64,000 nt of DNA. It comes from Picochlorum sp. SENEW3 (lineage: Eukaryota). The notes beneath the pieces are model-generated. The model had not been told where the DNA came from. It did no database searches and saw only the letters and a list, made by a program, of their open reading frames with translations. A program made the position numbers and the translations under genes. Shown here in pieces: positions 25,320-35,977 of the stretch (positions are counted from its first letter, which is position 1; each line of letters opens with the position of its first letter). The stretch lies in contig CP120462.1 of NCBI GenBank assembly GCA_034226945.1, positions 186,001 through 250,000 on the forward strand, read 5' to 3'.

Positions 25320-25836
25320 ATGTCGAAACAAGCCGTGGGAGGCCATCAGGTGTTTTCAGAAAGCGAATGTTCTGCAGAATACAAAGCATCGCTTGCATGT
25401 ACGTCAAATACTTCATCGTAGTATCCCTTTTTTAATGACCACCATGTTGATTCGATTGGGTTTCAGCCAATCGACAGAAGGATGGACTCAGAAGTTCCTG
25501 TTCAATCCATTATTATTAAATTCAATCCCTGGGCAATCTTGAACACTAGAAACACTCGGCTATTCCTTTCAAGCGCCCTGTATCTGACAAGAATTTGATT
25601 TATTTATTCTTTTATATACAGGCTTGGATAGGAACAAGTACGATAAAAGCCAATGTGCTGATGAGTTTGATAGGTACAAAGAGTGTAAGAAGAAAGAGGT
25701 ATGCACGCCATATAGAATGATGTGACTGTGCAATGCATTCAATCTCTTCTTTTGTGTGGAATAGGTACAAACCAGGGCAGAACGCAGACGATTGAAATCA
25801 GCTGCTGAGAAGGAATCTACAGCAACGTCAGGATGA
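25320..25836 (+). CDS. COX23: Twin CX9C mitochondrial IMS protein, COX23/CHCHD7-like, 75 aa (exons 25320-25398, 25622-25698, 25765-25836); absent from the ORF track
   Basis: Spliced translation MSKQAVGGHQVFSESECSAEYKASLACLDRNKYDKSQCADEFDRYKECKKKEVQTRAERRR...; two CX9C motifs; GT-AG introns keep the frame. Confidence 0.8.
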
Positions 25837-26534
25837 GCTCACTTCACAAGGCATTGAAGCATGTGGTGGGCCATGCTGTGAAACTAGGAGAATGCTCGAT
25901 ACTAGAGGCAGGCGGTATGTACGAGACAATGAGAAGGGTCCGTTTATTTGCCACTGTGCCTGCCAGGCACAAGAGGAATCAGCAAGGGATGAAGAATCAG
26001 AAAGCCTTGCCCTTGAAGAATGATCAGATTACAGCGAGAGAGTTGCGCGTTGTTTTTCCAGAAGGTGATCCACTAGGGACAAAGATATTGCCGTTGGAAG
26101 AAGCAAAGAAAGAAGCAAGCCAGCGTGGGCTGGATCTGGTTCTAGCATCACACCAGTCAGACCCACCCGTAGCACGCATCACATCGTGGGAAAAGCTGGT
26201 ATTTACTATGAGGCAGAAACAAAAAGCGCAGGAACGAGCAGCGAGGGAGAATAAAAAGCTTGCATCTCCGAAAGAGATTCGGATTGGATGCCACATTGCA
26301 GCACATGACCTCGATGTGAAATTGTCATCAGCACGAAAGATTCTTCAGGACAATCAGTTGCTCAAAGTTTCTGTTACATTTAAAGGAGGAAGAGAGATTG
26401 AACCAGCGAAAAAAGTTCTCGACGACATTTTACAATCACTGAGCAGTGTAGGACGGGTGAAGGATCCAAAACATGTTCAAAAAGCACAAATGAATCGATG
26501 GGCCGTTCAACTCGAACCAATACCAAATACATAA
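25833..26534 (+). CDS. Organellar (probably mitochondrial) translation initiation factor IF-3
   Basis: KNDQITARELRVV, GLDLVLA..DPPVARI, KEIRIGCHIAAHDLDVK. The start could also be 25917 or 25929. Confidence 0.85.
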   Translation: MSSLHKALKHVVGHAVKLGECSILEAGGMYETMRRVRLFATVPARHKRNQQGMKNQKALPLKNDQITARELRVVFPEGDPLGTKILPLEEAKKEASQRGLDLVLASHQSDPPVARITSWEKLVFTMRQKQKAQERAARENKKLASPKEIRIGCHIAAHDLDVKLSSARKILQDNQLLKVSVTFKGGREIEPAKKVLDDILQSLSSVGRVKDPKHVQKAQMNRWAVQLEPIPNT

Positions 26535-26900
26535 TTATCGCTTCTTTTTCTTCTTATGAAATTGATTTGCCCCAGCTAATGCATTGCTCTTCTTGGCCTT
26601 GCCCTTATTCTGTCCCTTTAACTTTGCCAGTCTTCTTTCTCTTAATTTTCTTGCCACTTTTGCCGGATTCTTCGACGTCAACTCTGTCATTCCCATATCT
26701 TCCCCATCACCAACCAGCTCCATCTGCTCATCCCCCGTCATTGCATTATCTGGTCGCTCTGGCCTTGGCGCTCGTGCAATTTCCTCTAAAGCATCCTGCT
26801 TCGCTCTCTCGTTTTCCTGATAGGTCGGATTAGAAGATACAGTCGCTCTTTTTATAGTTCTAAAATGTTTGCGTATTTTACTCCGAAGTCCTTTCGCCAT
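26535..26900 (-). CDS. Small basic LLPH/LAPS18-like nucleolar protein
   Basis: MAKGLRSKIRKHFR N-terminus; Lys-rich C-terminus with NQF. Confidence 0.65.
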   Translation of the reverse strand: MAKGLRSKIRKHFRTIKRATVSSNPTYQENERAKQDALEEIARAPRPERPDNAMTGDEQMELVGDGEDMGMTELTSKNPAKVARKLRERRLAKLKGQNKGKAKKSNALAGANQFHKKKKKR

Positions 26901-27184
26901 GTCGTCAAGAATATGTCAATATCGACATGCAAGAATGTTCAATGTTGCTTGCTACGTCCTTTGCTCTGTGTGATATGCCAATTGTAGTTGTTACAAGTAT
27001 TATATCTGACGAGTTTGGCTGATACAAGCGTGCATTGCCATGGACACAAAATCATTTTTCAATGCTTTTTACGGAAGAAAGCAGGACATAGGATTGGGAA
27101 CCTCCATATAGAGACAGAAACTCATGGCTGCCACGGAGCATCTATACATCGAATATATACATCATCACCATACTGAGTGTGGTG

Positions 27185-27862
27185 ATGAGGGCGAAGGGAG
27201 CCAAGATCGCCTCCCTCGCGGCGAGGCAGTTTGTTGAAAAACCTTTCCACTGCACTCCACTGGGTCTACGCGATTCAATCGGAAATGCCAGGCACCTGTT
27301 CCTACAGCCATCATCAGCATATAGCACTGGTAAAAACAGTGGTGGCGACAAGGATGCACATCACGGATCCCTTGTTCACAGACTCACATTTTTCATTCAG
27401 TCTCTGGCAGCTGCATATCTCTTTAGGGAGCACGTGTGCGAGCTGACAGTCTGTGTAGGACCGAGCATGATGCCTACATTCAATCCAAAAGGTGATGTGG
27501 CATTCGTAGAGCATATATCAGTGGCGAGGCAGACTATTGAAGTGGGTGATGTTGTGATTGCCAAGAGTGTCCAAAATCCAAGACAGGTTGTCTGTAAACG
27601 TGTTCTCGGTCTTCCTGGCGATCGAATATGTAGCAGTTCAAATAGATATGATGTGACGGAGAATCGCGGTCGTGTGAATGGGGGACAATCCTGGGTGTAT
27701 GGGGAGGATGATGATTGTGTTGTGATCCCACCTGGGCATGTGTGGTTGCAGGGTGATAATACAATGAACTCGACGGATTCTCGGCATTATGGGCCAGTGC
27801 CGTATGCCACTCTGAAAGGCCGCGTCGTTTGTCGATTGTACCCTGACCCGAAATGGGTTTGA
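27185..27862 (+). CDS. IMP1: Mitochondrial inner membrane peptidase subunit (S26 family)
   Basis: CVGPSMMPTFN, VCKRVLGLPGD, IPPGHVWLQGDN..NSTDSRHYGPVP. Confidence 0.9.
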   Translation: MRAKGAKIASLAARQFVEKPFHCTPLGLRDSIGNARHLFLQPSSAYSTGKNSGGDKDAHHGSLVHRLTFFIQSLAAAYLFREHVCELTVCVGPSMMPTFNPKGDVAFVEHISVARQTIEVGDVVIAKSVQNPRQVVCKRVLGLPGDRICSSSNRYDVTENRGRVNGGQSWVYGEDDDCVVIPPGHVWLQGDNTMNSTDSRHYGPVPYATLKGRVVCRLYPDPKWV

Positions 27863-28034
27863 CATGACCCGAGTCGACATGTCAATCTGCCAAAAAGAGA
27901 GAGACACAGATGAAGATCGATATCATCATCATCATCATCGCTATCTGTGTGGATGCAATGGATGCGGTCAAAAAAAATAGTAATAATAATCTGAGGGGAG
28001 TAGAATGTACGGGGGAGTCGTGAGACGAATTGGC

Positions 28035-28971
28035 ATGACATGCAGCAAGAGTGCTTCGTCTTGTTGTTCTCATCCTTCTTCTCTCCCATTGGGATGGATG
28101 AATCACGTCATACCAAGAAGACGATTAGTATCCTCAAAAGGGCATGCACATCCACCGACGTATGAGACGTTGACAGCTCTCGAAAGGAACAAGATTGATG
28201 GGTACCTTGACTTGCTCTTGGACTGGAACACGAGAATGAATCTGACTGGTACGTGGATGACCCCAATGTATGGCGATGATGGATCCACAAACCGGTCAAG
28301 AGGGATGGCGATGATCGATGATATGGGTGCTACATGCAGGTATCACTGATAGAGGCGAGGCAATTGAGCGGCACATTAATGACAGTCTCTCATTGCTGCC
28401 CAGCTTGGATGAATGCATGCAGAATACCGATACACAGGATCCTCGAGTGTTGGATGTAGGGTCTGGTGCTGGATTGCCAGGTCTTGTCATTGCAACAGTC
28501 AGGCCAGAGTGGAAAGTGACGCTACTTGATTCTCTAAACAAACGATGCACATTCAACACTGCAGCTGCGGACGCAATGGGTTTAGATAATGTAGATATAG
28601 TATGGTCTCGGGCTGAGGATGCCGGGCGTGACCCTCAACACAGAGAAGCCTATTCTATTGTGACTGCTCGGGCAGTTGCAGAGCTCCGTGTTCTGGGTGA
28701 ACTCTGCCTCCCATTCGTCCGCGTCGGAGGATATTGGATTGCTCCAAAAGGTGCATCCCCAGATAAAGAAATTCAGGACGCGTTAGCTGCCATCGAAACG
28801 CTAGGAGGCTGCGTAGAGTCCTTGGACGTCCAGCGTGTAGAGTCCTCTGTCACCATCACACCGGGTGATTCTTCTCAGACAAAGCGAACGGTCGTTATCG
28901 TGAAGAAAACGGAGAAAACTATAGATAAATATCCTAGAAAACCAGGTGTTCCAAAGAAAAAACCCTTGTAA
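28035..28971 (+). CDS. RSMG: 16S rRNA m7G methyltransferase RsmG/GidB, organellar (intron 28249-28339)
   Basis: WNTRMNLTG, HINDSL, LDVGSGAGLPG, LLDSLNKR, VTARAVA, YPRKPGVPKKKPL. Confidence 0.92.
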
Positions 28972-28991
28972 CAACATATATACGGTAATAA

Positions 28992-29228
28992 TTATTGTAT
29001 GCCAGACATTTCTAAAGTTGCTTTTGTGACAATTTCAGTCGCTTCCTGATATCTATCGCAACATTTCGCCAAGCACTGTTGGTCACTGTTTGATAAACTA
29101 GCTCCAGGTTTTGTAATACATGCTTTGAAACATTTATCCCTCACATTCTGATAAAATTCTTGCACAAAGGCAGCATTCATTTCACTCTGAATTTGCTGCA
29201 TTACCTGCGATTCTTTTGAAGCTTCCAT
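28992..29228 (-). CDS. TIM13: Mitochondrial small Tim chaperone, Tim13-like
   Basis: Twin CX3C motif: DKCFKACITKPGASLS...QCLAKCCDRY. Confidence 0.85.
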   Translation of the reverse strand: MEASKESQVMQQIQSEMNAAFVQEFYQNVRDKCFKACITKPGASLSNSDQQCLAKCCDRYQEATEIVTKATLEMSGIQ

Positions 29229-29575
29229 GTTGTTTATTTTCTGATCTATAGTCAATAAATAATTTATATATTCCGACTGATTGAAGACTGTTGATTGAGG
29301 ATAGGCGTTTGCGAGAGCCCGTATGGGCTCGATGGCCAAAGTAATTCGACAGTCTATCGAATTACGAAACTTGTGACCAGAAAGCAGCCCTACAAACCAG
29401 AAAAGACAAAGAAATCAGACCAATGCAATCATATTCTTCTGTATATAACTAGTAACGAGTACGTTGTGCATCAAAATAGGGGGAAATACCGAGTCAGAAG
29501 AGACAGTGGTCGTTGAGTCATCACGTGTCAACGGTCCCTGACACAGAAGCAGGATCAGAATACCTATATATACAT

Positions 29576-29881
29576 ATGAATGGAGAAAATACATCAAACG
29601 CTCCCTGCGTGGTGCCACATGCGGTAAATAGAACAGAAGCAGGGTCCTGTTCTTCGTCTTCACGTGTGAAGAAGGAGGATATCGTGAGTTTTCTGCGTAC
29701 ATTAGAAGGATCCATTGAATCTTTGAGAGATAGGATAGATAGGAGCATCTTTGAGTTGCCAAATGTGCCGAGTCAAGAGTTGCCGGAATATATGCAGAGG
29801 GAAAGCAGTGTGTTTGAGTTGTGGTCTAGTCAGCGTTTGGAGGAATTTCGAGAGCTGCTGTCATCACTGCGTCACGAATGA
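29576..29881 (+). CDS. Hypothetical small helical protein
   Basis: 101-codon ORF from ATG with protein-like composition; followed by TGTAA. Confidence 0.5.
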   Translation: MNGENTSNAPCVVPHAVNRTEAGSCSSSSRVKKEDIVSFLRTLEGSIESLRDRIDRSIFELPNVPSQELPEYMQRESSVFELWSSQRLEEFRELLSSLRHE

Positions 29882-29983
29882 ATACATGTAAAATAATAAA
29901 TGGTGTTGTTGTTCTGTTACAACTTGAGATGTGGATACATGCATCAGGGCGAAGAAACTATCTTTAAAAAAATGAATCAATGT

Positions 29984-31509
29984 CTATACAAGGTCAGCAA
30001 TGTCTTCTGGAAGTTCCTCGATGACCGTATTGTAGAATTTTTGAATATCCTGCAACAAACGCTCGTCATCCTGTGTGACAAAGTTGATGGACACACCCTT
30101 GCGTCCAAAACGTCCGGAACGACCGATACGATGGAGGTAGTTCTCTGGGTTGTTTGGCAAGTCGTAGTTGATGACCAGGGATACCTGCTGCACATCAATA
30201 CCACGAGCCAAAAGATCTGTCGTGATGAGCACACGAGAGGAACCGGATCTGAACTCTCTCATGATGACGTCACGAGTGTTCTGGTCCATGTCTCCGTGGG
30301 TGGCAGAGACGGTGTGATCACGCTCTCTCATTCTATCTGTCAACCAGTCCACCTTACGGCGGGTGTTGGCGAAAATCACACTCTGTGTGATTGCAAGGGT
30401 CTCATACAAATCACAGAGGGTGTCTAGTTTCCATTCCTCCTTCTCCACATTGACATAGAACTGCTTAATACCTTCAAGGGTGAGTTCATCTCTCTTGACG
30501 AGAATTCTCACTGGCTTGTTCATGAACTTGCGAGTAATCTCCAAAGCCTCTGGTGGGAGGGTAGCAGAGAAGACTCCTACCTGGATCTTTGGTGGAAGGA
30601 GCTGGAAAATATCATAAATCTGGTCCTTGAAACCTCTGCTCAACATCTCATCAGCCTCATCAAGGACAAACATCTTGATAGCATCAGCGCGAAGAGCACG
30701 GCGACGAAGCATATCGTACACACGTCCTGGTGTTCCAACCACAACATGCACTCCTGACTGCAGGGTGCGAAGATCCTCTCTCACAGAGGTTCCTCCAACG
30801 CAGGCGTGGCACTTGACGTTCAAATAATCGCCAAGAGCTCTCATCACCTTTTCAATCTGCTGTGCCAACTCACGAGTTGGAGCCAAAACAAGAGCCTGGC
30901 ACTCTGGGAGGTTGAAATCCAAATTCTGCAAGATTCCAGTACAGAAGGTGGCAGTCTTTCCTGTACCAGACTGGGCCTGCTGGATCACATCCAGCCCTTT
31001 TCCAAACGGAACAATCCCTTTCTGCTGAATAGCAGATGGCTTCTCAAAACCTATATATATGTAGAGACACTCGGTCAGAAGACTCCTCAATCAATCAGCA
31101 ACAACAGACAACCCAACGCGTACGCACCATATGCATAAATTCCTCTCAAGAGATTCTCATGCAAATTCATTTGATCAAAAGAGTCGTAGCTTTCAGTCCA
31201 TTCAGTGTAAAATTCGTTACCTTCGGACATTCTGCATTCAAGACGCCGTTACGTCAGCACAGGTCGTTCACCAGCACCATACTCAATAAACACCCTTTCC
31301 GCCAACACGAATATTTTTAATAAATTACTATTAATCAGAATCACCCTGATACACCGCCATATGATCTATTTCAGTGGTCGTGTTTCAGGAGCAGCCACCA
31401 ATCCCGCCCACTTTTTTCACCAGTTTCTCAACATAGACAATAGAACGTACACTTCCTGCATCTTCTGGTCGAAGGCACGAGCATCATACGCATTTTGTTC
31501 CCCAGCCAT
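29984..31509 (-). CDS. EIF4A: Eukaryotic initiation factor 4A DEAD-box helicase (3 exons)
   Basis: Spliced N-terminus [20 protein letters not shown]...[52 protein letters not shown]. Confidence 0.97.
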
Positions 31510-31833
31510 GGTGAGAGGATATCTACATACGAACAAAACGGTGAATTCATGTCTCTAATTATCAGCCGACGCGCAATCACATCAAAAGCGGCTCGTCTTG
31601 CTTCCTTTCTTCCCTTAAAACGCACCTGTTTTACTTGAAGTATTTTTCAGTACGCTTGGTCAAGGCAATAGTTAAGCCTAAAAGAGGGCGAGGCAGGCGG
31701 GTGGAGCCGCCCCATGTGCATCTAGGGGGGTGGTCTCATTCTGTTGATGGATAGAGACCTTCCTATCAAAGGGTACGTGTGACCGGGGGTGAGGGGAGAT
31801 TTTCTTTTTTACAATGCATTTTCTTACATGAGT

Positions 31834-34800
31834 TCAGTATTCATCCGTGTCATTCATCTTTCCGGTCTTCGTCTCAGACACGCTGTCAATTACTGCCTGG
31901 CGTCCAGAGGACCCCCGTGTATCTGGCCTAACACTGTCTTGAGCAGATGAGGGGGCATCAAATGGGCTGGAGATGGGCTGTTGTGGGTTTGATGGAGCAT
32001 CAAAGGGGCTGCTTGCTGGGCGAGCTGCTGTAGCTGTCTGTCCATTTGCCATGTCAAATGGGCTCAGCGCAGGGAGCGCTCGAGCTGATGTAGTGTGCGC
32101 ACTGGGCTCTTTGGGTATTTCCTCCACAGATGAGCTTGCTTCTTGTGATGTGTCCGTCATTTGAGCATGGTAGCAGCCATCATCAGGGAATGTTGACAAG
32201 ATTTCCCTGAGACGCGCAATAATTTCTGGGAATAGAGGTCTTTTCTCAGGATTTTGATCCCAGCAACGCTGCATGAGCTCGACATAAGCCTCATATCCAG
32301 GGAATGAGCCACCTCTGATTTGATCCTGATCGCCTGGGGATGGGATTGGTGGTCTACCTCCCTTATCTCCGATGAAGAGAATCATCTGGAAGGAACTCAT
32401 GCCATCAAATGGTAGAGCCCACGATATCATTTCCCACATGATTAATCCAAAGGCATACACATCTCCAGATTTCGAGAAGAGAGCATCACGGATGATTTCT
32501 GGAGCATGCCACCGAGGATTATTTGCAACCACCGAAGATGCCACTCCTGGCTGGGTGGCGACGTCAGATAATCTACTCAGATTGAAATCCGTCACTTTTA
32601 CCGTCCAGTTTCCGTCAACCAACAGGTTCGGAGACTTTAAATCCCTGTGAATGATGGTTGGCTTGTGTGAGTGTAGGTACAGCATGCCTTTGGCTGCATC
32701 CATCATCATGCCTACTCGTCTATGCCACGTCAAGGAATTTGCAATCGCTGAATTCTCTTTTGCTTCGATGAGGACATCATACAAGGATCCCATGGCACAA
32801 TATTCAGTCACGACACATGGAGGATCAGGACACACCCCCATGAAGAGGATGACATTGGGATGTCTCATGTTCACCATCAGCCCTACTTCGCGCTCCAAAG
32901 TCTTTAACGCGTCTTTAACATCTGCTTCTGTTGCATAGGATGCAACTTGCCCAGCAGCAATACCGAGGGCGCCCAATGATGTCAGTGCTTTGATTGCAAC
33001 ATCAGTCTCATGCCATTTACCAAGATACACTTTTCCAAAGGCACCTTCGCCAATAACTCGCGTCTTCATCAAATCAGAATAGTCAATCATCCATTGGAAT
33101 GCATCTTGAGGGAATAAACTCGTTGATTTCATTGCAGCATTCGTGAAATCATCCTCAGATGGACGGTCACTCATGCTAGGTGTCTTAGATGCCCATTCTG
33201 GGCTACATTCGCTCAACTTGTTGCCCATGTCCCTCAAAAGTTTGTTTCCAGACTGTGTCAGTATTTCTGCCAATGTATCGTTACTCACAAACTTGACAGT
33301 ACCGTTTGCGTTGATATACGACAAGCCTGATGGATGCCCGACCACATCCACCAAGGATTCTCCAGAGTCTGACGTCGAGATTTCCACAACATTCAGATTC
33401 ACGGCAGATACAGTCTTTTCAGCCTGGATCACAGACAATCTATCCCTGTCCACTGTTCTGGGTGGAACTCGTACCCTAAGTTTGCCATCCAGGTGTGATG
33501 TGCACAGCAATCCCAATTCATCAATGATTGCAAGGCCTGTCACAGGCGGGGCTTGACGGCCGATCCGCAGGATCTGACACAAAACGCCATTCACCGGACC
33601 CCACACACCCACTGTACCGTTTGCATACCCCATTACGATTTGGTATTGCTGTGGGACTTCTACACTGGAGGTGGATGTATCTGTCCCTCCTGACAAGGCA
33701 GTTGTCAGGGCTGTGGTGGGAGTCTTCACCAGCACAAACGGACTGACAATTTTCATCTTCACCGCTGCTCCCGTCACTTTCAGATCCTTTTTACTCATGA
33801 ACTCGCCCCTCTGTGTCCACTCCCTGAAGCACAAAAATGCTGGACTGCCTCCTGATGTCCACACCCTCCCAGAGGCAGCACAAATAGCAAACACAGGCCC
33901 ATTATGCGCTTTTTCCTTGGCCCTTAAATTGATCACCATACCATTACTATCCACTTTATGAGATGCAGATATATCTGGAGTTCCTGTCCCTGAATGCTTC
34001 AGTGCTCCTGCCAACACCAATTCATACCCTAGCACTTCCCCTGCATCTGTCAGCTGCTCTCTCAACAGCACACGCCGTACATCACCTTTATCCGATCCTA
34101 CCCATGCAGCTCCATTTTCGTCACTTGTGAGGGCCTTGATCATGCCATTACTTGCCTTGATGGGCTTGCAATATGGCTTTTGTGAATGAACATTCCATGC
34201 TGTCACAGAACCATTTCTATGTCCTGTCCACATCACACCACGAGTATCGTAATGCATTGATGTCACTCCTGATGCATTCTTTTCCAATTGAACCGTCTGA
34301 TGCAAATCGTATGACAAATTGAGCACCCGCAATTTATCAGACCCAAGAAATTTTGAACAATACATCCAGAGAAATGTAGAATTGAAAGCATCTTCGTTAC
34401 TGTCCGTGTCAAATGTTATGCTTCTGGCTGCGACAAAGAATTCCTGGCGAGATCCTGTCCAAATAGTGCGGAAATCGACATTGTCCAAGGCTGTCACCCC
34501 ATCAGTCTTTGACCGCCGCGGGACACCATCAGTCATTCTATACTGCGACCCCGAGTATTCCTGCGACATTAAATTCCCCACACTAGGATGAGGTAAACCC
34601 AGGCCACTCGTCGACGTTTGACGCTGTCCATTATCCAGAATCGTATCACTCGATTTCCTTTTGGGCTCCTGGCCCACACCAGGCTCCTGAACTCCAGACA
34701 GCACATGCGGCGACATCGGAGGAGACGAAAACATGGATTCTCCTTTAGTCATATGAATCTCTCCTTGCTCTGCCTGAACCATGAGAGTTCTCATCGTCCC

Positions 34801-35193
34801 CATGGACCCATCAAACTTGGCCTGAATATCAGCAGAAGATGTCAACTTGGTCTTCAACTTTTGCATCGAACCCATATTCCCATACGCCTCTACTATATTC
34901 TGAGCTACATCTAGTGCTACAACCACACGCGTAGCTAATTTACGAATCAGATGATCTCTATCCTGCTCTGAGAGTGAGGTGCTATACATGATATCCTCCA
35001 ACTTGACCACCAGCTCACTCGCCTGAGCCAACAGCTTGCGAGATTTTTCTTTGTGTGATATTGTCCTCTTCACCAATGCCCTCAACGTCCCCAACTCGGC
35101 CCTGCACTCGTCTATCAACTTGCGACTCGACGCGCTCACACCACCCCCTCCGGATGTGCCATCCCCACCACGTTCTGCACCGGTAGTATCCAT
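31834..35193 (-). CDS. TKL (Raf-like) protein kinase with an N-terminal helical bundle and WD40-like repeats
   Basis: IGEGAFGKVY, VAIK, HPNVILFMG, HRDLKSPN, DFN, APE; upstream WD-like repeats such as WTGHRNGSVTAWN. Confidence 0.9.
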   Translation of the reverse strand: MDTTGAERGGDGTSGGGGVSASSRKLIDECRAELGTLRALVKRTISHKEKSRKLLAQASELVVKLEDIMYSTSLSEQDRDHLIRKLATRVVVALDVAQNIVEAYGNMGSMQKLKTKLTSSADIQAKFDGSMGTMRTLMVQAEQGEIHMTKGESMFSSPPMSPHVLSGVQEPGVGQEPKRKSSDTILDNGQRQTSTSGLGLPHPSVGNLMSQEYSGSQYRMTDGVPRRSKTDGVTALDNVDFRTIWTGSRQEFFVAARSITFDTDSNEDAFNSTFLWMYCSKFLGSDKLRVLNLSYDLHQTVQLEKNASGVTSMHYDTRGVMWTGHRNGSVTAWNVHSQKPYCKPIKASNGMIKALTSDENGAAWVGSDKGDVRRVLLREQLTDAGEVLGYELVLAGALKHSGTGTPDISASHKVDSNGMVINLRAKEKAHNGPVFAICAASGRVWTSGGSPAFLCFREWTQRGEFMSKKDLKVTGAAVKMKIVSPFVLVKTPTTALTTALSGGTDTSTSSVEVPQQYQIVMGYANGTVGVWGPVNGVLCQILRIGRQAPPVTGLAIIDELGLLCTSHLDGKLRVRVPPRTVDRDRLSVIQAEKTVSAVNLNVVEISTSDSGESLVDVVGHPSGLSYINANGTVKFVSNDTLAEILTQSGNKLLRDMGNKLSECSPEWASKTPSMSDRPSEDDFTNAAMKSTSLFPQDAFQWMIDYSDLMKTRVIGEGAFGKVYLGKWHETDVAIKALTSLGALGIAAGQVASYATEADVKDALKTLEREVGLMVNMRHPNVILFMGVCPDPPCVVTEYCAMGSLYDVLIEAKENSAIANSLTWHRRVGMMMDAAKGMLYLHSHKPTIIHRDLKSPNLLVDGNWTVKVTDFNLSRLSDVATQPGVASSVVANNPRWHAPEIIRDALFSKSGDVYAFGLIMWEMISWALPFDGMSSFQMILFIGDKGGRPPIPSPGDQDQIRGGSFPGYEAYVELMQRCWDQNPEKRPLFPEIIARLREILSTFPDDGCYHAQMTDTSQEASSSVEEIPKEPSAHTTSARALPALSPFDMANGQTATAARPASSPFDAPSNPQQPISSPFDAPSSAQDSVRPDTRGSSGRQAVIDSVSETKTGKMNDTDEY

Positions 35194-35511
35194 CGCAGCA
35201 ACCAATAATACCTGCTATTCTTGTGTTTCCCACCTGCTGGTAGACAACAGGCGATACCGAGGAAATGAACAAAGAATCAACCGAGCAAAACGGTTTCTCT
35301 GCTTACGACTGCGTCAGTAACCATTATATGAGTACTCTAACTAATTACATATCATAATAATGTTGTATCTGTGTTCCTCGGGGCCTTGTTGTGGTTCTTT
35401 TAGGATTCCCTAGGCAATAGGGGCATCATTCGAGCGCCCTGTGAATCTTCATTGCAGAAGACTGGAATGGTTGAACCTGGGTCCTCAGGACGCATTCTAA
35501 TTGTTAATAGT

Positions 35512-35927
35512 ATGCAGAAGAATCTTAATAAGAATAAGAAAAAGGTAGTTGGGCGGAATGCTGGCGGGAAGAAGAAAAATGCCAGTGTGCATGGGGTGGG
35601 CAAAGTGACCCGAAAAGGTGGGATTCGTGGATCATATGTGTATACAGTATACAGAATTGGTATGACTCATAAACATTGTCATGATTTAATGGTACAGGGA
35701 GAATGGAGAAGGCGCCGAAAAAGGTTGGGCTGAGAAAGGCCATGGCAGAGGAGAAGAAGATTACAAAGATTATCAATGGGCAGAATGAAGGAACGTTTGC
35801 GGGGGTGGCTCAGAATGCGGGAGGAAAACTTTCTGTGTTAAAGGCACCTCTTCCGGTGGATAGTCGATCGAAGAATGTGCGAAAGGGTAAAAAGGGAGGG
35901 GTGCCTTGGGGCGCTTCGAGTAAATGA
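35512..35927 (+). CDS. UPF0390/C19orf53-like small basic protein (2 exons)
   Basis: Spliced TRKG-RMEKAPKK...KKITKIINGQNE...GGKLSVLK. Confidence 0.65.
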
Positions 35928-35977
35928 ATGAATGCTTACATTGTAAGTAGACTGATACTGATTGATTCATTAATTCA

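Noticed and set aside
29341..29365. 9-bp inverted repeat gtaattcga/tcgaattac upstream of TIM13
   Set aside because: A single short inverted repeat with no other support; plausible by chance.
31680..31810. GC-rich hairpins ending in a T run as a Pol III ncRNA
   Set aside because: No SRP, snRNA or tRNA motifs; explained as eIF4A upstream or kinase 3' sequence.
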